Positions 55,022 through 64,000 of a stretch of DNA of 64,000 bases are shown here, one piece after another (position 1 is the first letter of the stretch; every line of letters begins with the position of its first letter). A program made the translations under genes and the position numbers. The stretch is from NCBI GenBank assembly GCA_964247055.1, contig OZ176054.1:4030001-4094000 (forward strand), read 5' to 3'. The notes under the pieces are model-generated. The model was not told the DNA's origin, did no database searches, and worked only from the letters and a program-made list of their open reading frames with translations. This DNA comes from Paragordius varius. Lineage: Eukaryota; Animalia; Nematomorpha.

Positions 55022-55644
55022 CTTAAAACACTTTCCATTATTTTAACACACTACTTATTTTGTTTGGAGTCCAATATATAATGGGAAGATATACAGTATA
55101 ACATATTATTTTTAATTGATTATCAACATTACATTCAAAAATTTATAATGAAATAAATTTTCTACATTAGTTAATAGTCAAGTAACCTTTAGCGTTTTAT
55201 AAACAAAGATTTGAAATTTTATAAGATTAATATTTAACCATTAAGTTTAAGAAATTTTCGTGAATCAAAATTTTTTCCGTTCATGAAATAGATATATTTA
55301 GCTTTTTTTATATGCCATGCTCTTAAATATTAGCAGAGCTTTTCTCTTAATTTATCCTCATTTTTATCCACCCAATAAATAAATTAATTAGCCAAAATCA
55401 TCATATTAACATTTTATAGCATTAACAAAGGTTTGAATTACATATAAAACCTAAATTTTATACATAAATAGTTTCTAAATAATTTTATCCATATTTTTAT
55501 ATCTATCAAGTGTGCTCTACACCACACTTGCAAAATATTTAAGTTTTACCTCATCATATGATTTTTTATCACCTCCGAATCAAGTTTTCTTGCTTGACTT
55601 AAGTCGTCTAATGTTAAATTGTTTTATCACATGAAAGCAGGCCA

Positions 55645-57597
55645 CAGTGAAGTGCAATTAAACACAAATCTAACGAGATGGAAAGAACGGCTAGAGATGT
55701 TTGGACTTAAGGTTAATGTAGCAAAAACAAAATTAATGAACAATAATAATAAATACAATCCCATTAAATGGCCCTCAATATGTAAGAAGTCAAAACCAAC
55801 GCAATCCAATGCTTCAAATGTAAAAAATGGGTCCACAAAAAAATGCTATAAGTTGAAATCGCTAAAATTACTTCAGGATTTTATATGCAGCAATTGCACC
55901 ACGCCCAACCCAACTAAGCGTCCACAAAGTGTACGTAATGAAGAACCTTTTAAAACAGTACAAAGGGTCGGGTGATAAAAAATTTTTTTTGACTCGACTT
56001 GCAAGTTTTTCAAGTCATGGCTTGCTTTCATGTGATAAAAAAAATTTAACATTACACGACTTAAGTCAAGCAAGAAAACTTGAGAAGGAGGTGATAAAAA
56101 ATCATATGTTCAAGTAAAACTTAAAGATTTTGCAAGTGTGGTGTAGGGCACACTTGACAGATTTAAAAATATGGATAAAATTATTTTGGAAACTATTATG
56201 TGCAAAATTTATGTTTATATGTAATTCGAACCTTTGTTAATGCTATAAATTGTCAATTTGATAATTTTCGCTAATTAATTTATTCATTGGGTGGATACAA
56301 AAGAGAATAAATTTATAGTAAAACTCTGCTAACATAAAAATATGCTAAATGTATCAATTACCTGACCGCAAAAAAATTAGATTCTCGAAAATTTCTTAAA
56401 ATTAATAATTAAATATTAATCTTGTAAAATTTCAAATCTTCGTTTATTAAAAGCAAACTTCACTTTAACCAATGTAAAGAATTTATTTCATCATAAATTT
56501 ATTTCGAATGTAATGTCTATAATCAATTAAAAATAATTAGTTTATATTGTATAAACATCTTCCCATTATATTTGCAACTGGACTCCAAACAAAAAAGGTA
56601 GTGTGGTAAAATAATGGAAAGTGTTTTAAGGGCGAATGGTTTCATCAATTTAAAAATTATTACCAGGCTCACAATTTAGAAAATTCTATAATATTATATA
56701 AGATACGTGCCAGTGAGTTTGAAAAACTTCAATAAATGTATATTATATTTTTTGTTTATATTTTTGTGCCTTATTTCATAAATTTTAGCTGAAAATGATC
56801 AAAAAAATTTCCATAAAATTCGAATTGGGTGGCAAAAAACTGTTACATTCATAAGCAAAAGACTTGACTTAAGTGTTTTTTTATCACCGATCTTCAAGTG
56901 TACACTTGCTGGCTTAAGTAATCTTGCTCAACTTGCCACGCTTGGCTTACAAGTCAAGTGCGACTTTTTTATCACCCCACCCAAAGTTTCACATATTTGG
57001 GCGACATTATAAGCGCCGGTGGGGGCCTTGAATTAACCATCAATAACCGTATAAAAAATGCCTGGTCAAAATACCACCAACTCAAAAGTGTTATAAACAA
57101 TAAATATATCTCATTCAAATCCAAATCGACTATGTGCACCACCACCATACGACCCGTTCTAATTTACGCAACCGAAGTTATGGCTTTAATCAAAACAAAT
57201 TCACTAAAGTTACAACAAGCGGAAAGGAGAATTCTAAAAACTATACTTTATGCAACAAACCCAAACCTCTATAATTAGAATAATAAATTTGATCCATATA
57301 CTGTCCTGCAAATGACTCCGCTTATCGACTGTTTGCGCACAAATCGTCTAAAATTCGCGGGACATGTTCACCGACGCCCACATGAAAGTTGCCTATACCG
57401 CATGGTCAATTTTTCAACAAGTTTGCGAAATCGAAGGACGTCCATTACAAAGTTGGCTTTCTATTGTGGAAAACGATATGGCTATTTTAAACCTCAAATT
57501 GAAGATGCCCAGGACCGATGCTTATGGCGTAAATCTATCCGAAGGGTTACCTCCTTGTTGGGAGAAAAAAACCCTTAAAGGTTGATTAAAGGTTGAT
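55645..57597 (+). mobile_element. RTE LINE 3' half with PHD-like finger inside the RT region, interrupted by MITE copy B
   Basis: RWKERLEMFGLKVNVAKTKLM..KWP.SIC..IQCFKCKKWVHKKC..FICSNC..EEPFKTVQ|SFTYLGDIISAGGG..IRPVLIYATE..RLKFAGHVHRR..AQDRCLWR; short tandem tail ttaaaggttga x2. Confidence 0.85.
55965..56982 (+). mobile_element. GGG-terminal MITE copy B, 1018 bp, complete
   Basis: TIR gggtcgggtgataaaaaa / ttttttatcaccccaccc; 3-bp TSD aaa. Removing it restores gta caa agt ttc (VQSF) in the RTE frame. Superfamily uncertain (PIF/Harbinger- or Zator-like by termini and TSD length). Confidence 0.88.
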
Positions 57598-57689
57598 ATG
57601 GTTCGATGTTTTATTCAAAATTAAGATAAGTAATTTACATAACTTAAATCTTTTAAAAAACATACAGTTTATAGTTTTTTCCTTTTTTA

Positions 57690-57838
57690 TTAAGTAAAGA
57701 CTGAAATTGAATCCTTACATGAGGAATACTCGCCTGCCCAGAGCTGACAGGAAGAGTGGATAAATTACGTAGTAAGGAATTCGAACTTTTCCACGCAGTT
57801 TTTTAATCCGGTCTCTTACCTACTATAAGATCCTGCCT
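57690..57838 (-). mobile_element. Second copy of the tRNA-derived SINE
   Basis: Shares actcgcctgcccag(g/a)gctgacag...ttcgaact...ccgg...tacctactata with 54100-54205. Confidence 0.65.
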
Positions 57839-57994
57839 TTAACTTAAGAATAATCCAATTTGCATCTTGTTTTACCTGCTAGTGCAGCACCACTTATAAT
57901 TTATAAATTAAATTTTAATTGTTTTTTTTATATAAAAAACTATAACTGTTGAAAAGATTAAGTTAATTGTAATAATGTAGATTTTAATATCTTT

Positions 57995-58900
57995 AAAACT
58001 TCGATTCAATTTGGGGTATCTGAATACCCCAAACTCAATTTAGATTATAATAAAAACTAATGAAGGAAACAGTCCCAATTTTTATGCTTCTATCCCAATA
58101 ATTATATAAAAAAAGCTAAAATATTTTAAATCAAATTTTGTTTTGTAAAAAAATTCTATGTCATCTACATCGGTGCCATTTTTACAAAATTTTTTAAAAT
58201 GTATGTTATATAGGTGCAAAATTATGCCATGGCTTCGATTCCTTAAGTATTTTCTAAGGCATGGGGTATCCAACTACCCCAATTTGTATTGAAGGACTAA
58301 AATGAATGTGTTGTATCCAAGTATTAACAAAGTATTCTGCGAAAAACGCTTTTTCAACACTTCGATTCAAATTGGGGTACCTATATACCCCAGACTATAT
58401 TTATGTTGAAAAACTACTGAAAGAAAAGGTCCCATTTTAAATTTATGCTTCTATCCTAATCAAAATTATATAAATAAGCCGAATATCTAAATAAAATTTG
58501 GTTTTGAAAAAAAAGTTTCATATCAATATATTTGGACGCCATTTTGATTCACAACATTTTTGATATATATCGTGTTTATTTAATTTTAAAGCTAAAAGGA
58601 AAGCCAATTTTTCATTTAAATCACTTCTATTTATTGATAGAAACAGAAAAATGGTTTATTTTGTATTTAACTAATGCACAGATGTCATGTTGACCAATTT
58701 TTCTTAAGGTTTTACGTAATAAGTAATATCAAATATTTTCGAATGAATTTTTTTATATATTTCGGTTTATTAATGTTATATAAGTGGAAATTTTTGCGAT
58801 GGTTCTAATTCATTCCATATTTTTTAAATTATTCAATTATAAACACGCCTAGGGTATCTAACAACCCCAATTTGAATCGAAGGACTGAAATGAATGTGTT
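57995..58900. repeat. Two tandem MITE-like units with cttcgattcaaattggggta-type inverted ends, directly upstream of PRPF38B
   Basis: Units ~57995-58320 and ~58355-58900 share internal sequence, GGGGTA..TACCCC hairpins and the same right flank gaaggact(a/g)aaatgaatgtgttgta. Confidence 0.6.
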
Positions 58901-58958
58901 GTAAGTGTTAATGTTAACCAAAGAGTGAAACAACTGAATTTTATGTGCCGAACTAGAT

Positions 58959-61900
58959 ATGGAAAAAGCTGATCCCTTATTTTTAAATTTGTGGTCGGGA
59001 AACGAAAAACAGCGTCCGAGAATACAAGACGTTAAAAAATGCAGTAACACCTTACCAATATGGGGAAACGATAAATCAATGAATTTGAATCATTTAATTT
59101 TAGCTAATATACAAGGTTCAACTTACTATAGAATAAATTTGGTGGAAGTTAAAACTTACTATGAAGTTGTTGATGAGATATTTTATCACGTAAACTATAT
59201 GTAATTATTTAGGTTAATCATTTAGAACCATGGGAAAAGGGTAGCAGAAAAACTGCTGGTCAGACCGGAATGTGTGGTGGGGTAATATTTAATATAAATA
59301 TAAGGTTAGAGGTGTTGGCGCAGGAGGTGTAGTTTCATCATGCTTTTGTCTTCTATTCAAATTATTTACCATTAAAATAACAAGAAAACAATTATGTATG
59401 ATGTTGAATCACAAGGACTCGCCATACATAAGAGGCATTGGTTTTATGTTTATAAGGTTAATTTAATAGATTAATTAAACTGTAGATATTGTCAGCCTCC
59501 AAATGATTTGTGGGATTGGTACGAACCTTATTTAAATGACGAAGAAGTAATATTTTTTTACACATCCTTTTACAACTTTTAATGTACAATCTCATTGATC
59601 ACAGCATAATGCTAGGGTATTTTATATAATCAATAATTAAAGTTACTCAGTACTACTAAAGTTTTTAACCAAAGTTTCAAATTTTTTAACAAACAATATT
59701 AATAATTTTTTAAAGAATGAAAATCAATATTTTATATTAATTTTGTGCTTTAATATCCTTGTAAAATAATTTTTTTTTTTTTTTCATGCATGAAACCATG
59801 TGATTGAAAGCGGGAGGATATTCAAGGATAGTATTTTTTTTTTATTATATACTATAAATATATTTAAAAAATAGGTTTCCTTTTAGTAATTATTAATCTT
59901 TTTCTTTGTTTTGTAGAGTTTTTATTTTATTTGTATGCTAAGTATGTAATTTAAAGAGTAACATAATTCTTAAGTCATCAAAAATCATTGTTATACAGAT
60001 CTCTCTCCTTTTTTTTTTCTCTACTCCTTGGTGCCTAATTATTTTATTTTTACTAGCCTAGCCATAATTTCTTTATATTTTTCCTTTATGATTGCCAGAC
60101 AGAGCAAAATATCAATATTTATAATTTATCCAAATTAACAACATTTATAAAGATTACTCTTTAATTTTAATTATTCTAGATATTTATTTTTTGTAAAGAG
60201 GGTAAGTGAGAGGGAAGGCAATGGCAAACCACCCTCGTTTATTACTGCCAAAAAAATAGTTTTACTAAATGAACTTAACAAGAATTTTCAAAGTTGGATG
60301 CTGGAATGTGCGTTCCTTAACATCAACCAAACAGGTGATAATTGAAAAGGAAATGGAAAGATTGAACATAGATATACTGGGTCTAACGGAAACCAAGCAA
60401 AAAGGTAGCGCGAAAGTACAAAACGAAAATTATACATTGTTAAGATCGGGGAGAGATGACCAGAAATCTGAAGGCGTTGCAGTATTAATAAAAAACAAAT
60501 TAAATAAAAGTCTCATTAGTTATACACCATATACACCCAGAATCATGAGCATTAGGCTGAATGCCAAGCCACTTAAATTTACATACATAGTAGTCTATGC
60601 TCCTACGTCAAACGCTCCCAAAGAAGTCATAGAGGACTTTTATGCAACGTTGCAAATAGTTTTGGATGAAACGAAGAAAGGAGATATGATTATCATAGGA
60701 GGGGATTGGAACAGCAAAGTTGGTAGAGGTAGAGTAGATCAAATAGTCGGGCCATATGGATTGGGAGAACGAAACGAGGCCGGGGAAGCACTGATCAATT
60801 TTTGTCAAGAAAATGAGATGATGATAACCAACACATGGTTTCCACAACACAATAGGAGGTTATACACATGGACCTCTCCATGTGGTAAATATAAGAATCA
60901 AATTGATTACATAATGTGTCCTCAAAAATGGAAAAGCTCTATAATTGATACCAAAACAAGCAAAAGCAGCGATTGCTCTAGCGATCATGAGCTTTTAATA
61001 ACCAAAATCAAACTTAAAATAATTAAAAATAAGGTTAAACAGATATACAGATATGACACTCGGAACATTCCAAATAGTTTTAGAACAGAAACCAAAGATA
61101 GATTAGAAAGATTGGACAATGGATGTAGCTCAGAACAATTATGGGGAACGATAAAAAATGTTGTTAATGAAGTGGCAAAAGAAAAAGTGCAGAGAGTAAA
61201 AAGGAAAGATAACAAATGGATATCAGAAAAGAGTATAGAGATAGCAGAAAAGAGGAGAAAGGCTAAATCAAGAGGTGATAATAAAATGGTAAAATTATAT
61301 AACAAAGAATTTCAACGACAAACAAGGAAGGATTACGAAGATTTTCTTAATAAACAATGTCTGGAAGTGGAATTAAATAACAAAAAAGGATTAATGCAAC
61401 CAATGTTCCAGAAACTGAAGCAAATGACTCATAAACCTTTTATATCATCACAAAAGATTAAAAAAGAGAATGGCACCATATTGTGCAAACAAACAGAAGT
61501 ACGAGAAAGATGGAAGGAATACACCCAAAAACTCTATCAGGCTCCTCAAACAAAGGTGTTGCAATTAAAAGAAGAAGAACGTGATCCAGATATATTAAGA
61601 GAGGAGGTTGAATTAGCCTTAAAACAAATTCCTAACAACAAAGCGACGGGATTAGACAATATCCCAATAGAGTTCATAAAAGCTATTCCCGTTGAAAAGT
61701 TACACCAGCTATGTCAAAAGGTGTGGGAATCATGTGAGTGGCCAAACGATTGGGCATCATCTGTATATCTCCCAATATATAAAAAAGGAGATGTACTCCA
61801 ATGCGAGAATTATCGGAACATATCTCTTATTAGCCACGCTAGTAAGGTCTTACTAAAAGTAATACAAAACAGAATGCACAGTATCATACAGACAGAAATA

Positions 61901-63905
61901 CCAGAAAATCAAGCCGGATTTATGAAGGGAAAAAGCACAAGAGACCATATCTCAAACATGAGAAGGATAATGGAAACATCAAAAGAGTTCCAGAAAGAAT
62001 TATACATGTGTTTTATTGATTACAGACAAGCATTCGATTCAATTAACTATGACTCCTTGTGGGAAACATTAAAGTTAGTAGGGGTATCGTCTCACTTAAT
62101 AAGATTGATTAGCTCTCTGTATGTAAAACAAAGAGCGATTATTAGAACACCAGCGGGGGACACAGACGAAATACCAATCTTGAAAGGAGTCAGACAAGGG
62201 TGTTGCTTATCCCCTTATCTGTTCAATATGTGCACAGAAATGATAATGAGGAAGTTGGATGGTAAAAATATTGGAGTAAGAATAGGAGGGAGAACAATCA
62301 ATAATTTAAGGTTTGCAGACGATACCACTCTTATAGCTGAAAGTGCAAATGATTTGAAGGAATTGATTGAAGAGATTCGAAAGGAAAGTTTGAGGTATGG
62401 TCTTAGGCTTAATCCTAACAAAACCAAAATATTATGTACAGGAAAAAAGCCTACAATTATAATAGAAGGAGTAGAAATAGAAATAGTTAAACAGTTAACG
62501 TTTTTGGGCGCAATAATTTCAGAGGATGGGTCTTCAACTCCTGACATGAGAAAGAGAATAGGATTGGGTAGAGAAGCGATGACCAAATTAATAAAGATTT
62601 GGAAAAACAAAAGCGTAGGAGTTGAAACCAAAAAAAGATTACTCTACTGTTTCGTTCTCCCGGTCACCACATATGGATGTGAGAGTTGGACCCTCAAAAA
62701 AAGGGACAAAGAAAGGCTCATGGCTTTTGAAAGGAGCTGCTGGCGTAGGATGCTAGGATACACCTGGAAGGATAAAATTAAGAATGAAAGTCTAACTACA
62801 GAAATAAAACCTAAAACAAACATCATGGAGATAATTCTAAAAAGAAAGTTAACATATTTTGGTCATGTCATGCGATCGAATTCTCTGGAGAAAGATACAA
62901 TGTTTGGGAAGGTAGAAGGGCAAAGGAAACGAGGCCGACCACCGATGAGGTGGTTGGATATGATAAAAGAAGAGACCAAAATGACACTGAAAGAGCTCAA
63001 TATAGCGGTTAAAGATAGAAAAAAATGGAAAGAAATAGTTAAAACTATATCCAAAAAGTCGTTTACGACTTAGGAAAAACCAACCAACCAAAATAATTGC
63101 AATCATCCCTTACTTCTATCTATAATAATTTTGTTAATGAATTTAAATTTTTAACAGCTACCTCTATACCTCTTATAAATTTGAATCTAATATTTCTTAT
63201 AAATTAATATAATTGAAAATATTAAATTAGCTAATATTGCCCAAAAAAATTGATAAAATATTTACAGTGTGTTCAATTGTTCTAAGAATCTCCAAATTTT
63301 AATATATGATACCATCTTATTCAACGGATAAAAAGAAAAAAAATAATCTAAACAATTAAAAGATACGAAAAAATAACGATTTGTTTTGACTTTCAAATAA
63401 GGAGATCGATGTTAAAGCTGGAGGCGGATGCACCATGAAAATTGGAGAAATGCTAAAAAGTTTTTTGACCAAATTAGAATGGTTTTCCACTTTGTTTCCT
63501 CGAATTCCTGTACCAGTAGCCACCAAGATAAATGATAAACTCGATAGGTAAGTTTCAACTTATATTTTTTTAAAGTTTAAATACCCATTTTTTAACAATG
63601 AATTCACTTTTTTTTACATGAAAAATGATCCAACTGTATTGATATTTTGTGAATGTGTATTACAATTAATATTTCTTTAATTTTAATTCTTGTTTGCTCA
63701 TAAATTTATACAAATTTCAATAAAAAATTAATTTTACTGGTATCTTTAGTGTTTCAAAATAACCAAATTCAAAACTGTATCAGCTAAAAGTTAATGCTTA
63801 ATCATTTTTACTCTAAGAAACTGGATATATATGAATTATAGTCTCTATCATAATATATCTTTAGATATGAAAAATCGTTACAAAAAGGAAATATTACAAC
63901 AAACG
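58959..63905 (+). CDS. PRPF38B: Pre-mRNA splicing factor 38B, 5' part; exons 58959-59189, 59213-59281, 59305-59456, 59486-59546, 63402-63547, 63865-63905; continues past the window
   Basis: LPIWGNDKSMNLN..EVKTYYEVVDEIFYH|VNHLEPWEKGSRKTAGQTGMCGG|VRGVGAGGVVSSCFCLLFKLFT..DSPYIRGIGFMFIR|YCQPPNDLWDWYEPYLNDEE|EIDVKAGGGCTMKIGEML..LTKLEWFSTLFPRIPVP. Introns 1-3 are 23, 23 and 29 nt. Confidence 0.95.
60198..63093 (+). mobile_element. Near full-length RTE-clade (BovB-like) non-LTR retrotransposon in PRPF38B intron 4
   Basis: 5' motif gagggaaggcaatggcaaaccaccctc (60208-60236) typical of RTE/BovB-type 5' regions, a single intact ORF and a (CCAA)n tail at ~63079-63091. No TSD found. Confidence 0.92.
60269..63073 (+). 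CDS. RTE ORF: APE-type endonuclease plus reverse transcriptase, 934 aa, uninterrupted
   Basis: GCWNVRSL, LGLTETK, GGDWNSKVG, NQIDYIM and SSDHELL (APE); QAGF, FIDYRQAFDS, GVRQGCCLSPYLFN, LRFADD and FLG (RT); YFGHVMR..GRPPMRWLD C-terminus. Confidence 0.95.
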   Translation: MNLTRIFKVGCWNVRSLTSTKQVIIEKEMERLNIDILGLTETKQKGSAKVQNENYTLLRSGRDDQKSEGVAVLIKNKLNKSLISYTPYTPRIMSIRLNAKPLKFTYIVVYAPTSNAPKEVIEDFYATLQIVLDETKKGDMIIIGGDWNSKVGRGRVDQIVGPYGLGERNEAGEALINFCQENEMMITNTWFPQHNRRLYTWTSPCGKYKNQIDYIMCPQKWKSSIIDTKTSKSSDCSSDHELLITKIKLKIIKNKVKQIYRYDTRNIPNSFRTETKDRLERLDNGCSSEQLWGTIKNVVNEVAKEKVQRVKRKDNKWISEKSIEIAEKRRKAKSRGDNKMVKLYNKEFQRQTRKDYEDFLNKQCLEVELNNKKGLMQPMFQKLKQMTHKPFISSQKIKKENGTILCKQTEVRERWKEYTQKLYQAPQTKVLQLKEEERDPDILREEVELALKQIPNNKATGLDNIPIEFIKAIPVEKLHQLCQKVWESCEWPNDWASSVYLPIYKKGDVLQCENYRNISLISHASKVLLKVIQNRMHSIIQTEIPENQAGFMKGKSTRDHISNMRRIMETSKEFQKELYMCFIDYRQAFDSINYDSLWETLKLVGVSSHLIRLISSLYVKQRAIIRTPAGDTDEIPILKGVRQGCCLSPYLFNMCTEMIMRKLDGKNIGVRIGGRTINNLRFADDTTLIAESANDLKELIEEIRKESLRYGLRLNPNKTKILCTGKKPTIIIEGVEIEIVKQLTFLGAIISEDGSSTPDMRKRIGLGREAMTKLIKIWKNKSVGVETKKRLLYCFVLPVTTYGCESWTLKKRDKERLMAFERSCWRRMLGYTWKDKIKNESLTTEIKPKTNIMEIILKRKLTYFGHVMRSNSLEKDTMFGKVEGQRKRGRPPMRWLDMIKEETKMTLKELNIAVKDRKKWKEIVKTISKKSFTT

Positions 63906-64000
63906 GTAAATATATTACATATTTCTTTTCCATATATTCCTCTAAAATATCTGATAATGCCATACTAATTTTTTTATAGTAACCATTTCTCTTGATAATT

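Larger units (their letters stand above)
53078..55644 (-). mobile_element. GGG-terminal ~1-kb MITE, copy A (inverted relative to copy B, inner end lost, interrupted by hAT)
   Basis: 53078-53434 plus 55022-55644 is the reverse complement of ~56010-56982. Confidence 0.85.

Noticed and set aside
60608-63106. Several minus-strand ORFs of 60-138 aa
   Set aside because: Antisense shadows of the RTE ORF with no motifs.

Overview
This is very AT-rich (roughly 25% GC by eye), intron-rich eukaryotic nuclear DNA with the standard genetic code and animal-like proteins; the species cannot be named from the sequence. Gene content: a diverged tandem duplication of a block [SHPK(-) / TTC36(-) / NAT10(+)]. 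Copy 1 runs from before the window to about 13137 and carries only the first 11 NAT10 exons. Copy 2 carries a complete 6-exon SHPK, TTC36 and a full, roughly 25-exon NAT10 ending at 39977. Then come HGSNAT(-) at about 40963-50237 and the 5' part of PRPF38B(+) from 58959, whose 4th intron holds an intact single-ORF RTE-clade LINE. Introns and intergenic DNA are full of nested MITEs (hAT, CMC-like, piggyBac-like foldback, Tc1/mariner-like), RTE and Penelope remnants and a tRNA-derived SINE. Most notable: (1) ten distinct intron sites of only 22-30 nt, all within about 0.6 kb of a start codon, while all more distal introns are 75 nt or longer; (2) TTC36 and NAT10 start codons only 30 bp apart, head-to-head; (3) a complete minimal hammerhead ribozyme on a long hairpin, in sense orientation in one SHPK intron; (4) a truncated but still open NAT10 paralog with a Walker B D-to-N change. 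All gene models were built by eye from translation and recalled homology; no database search was run.
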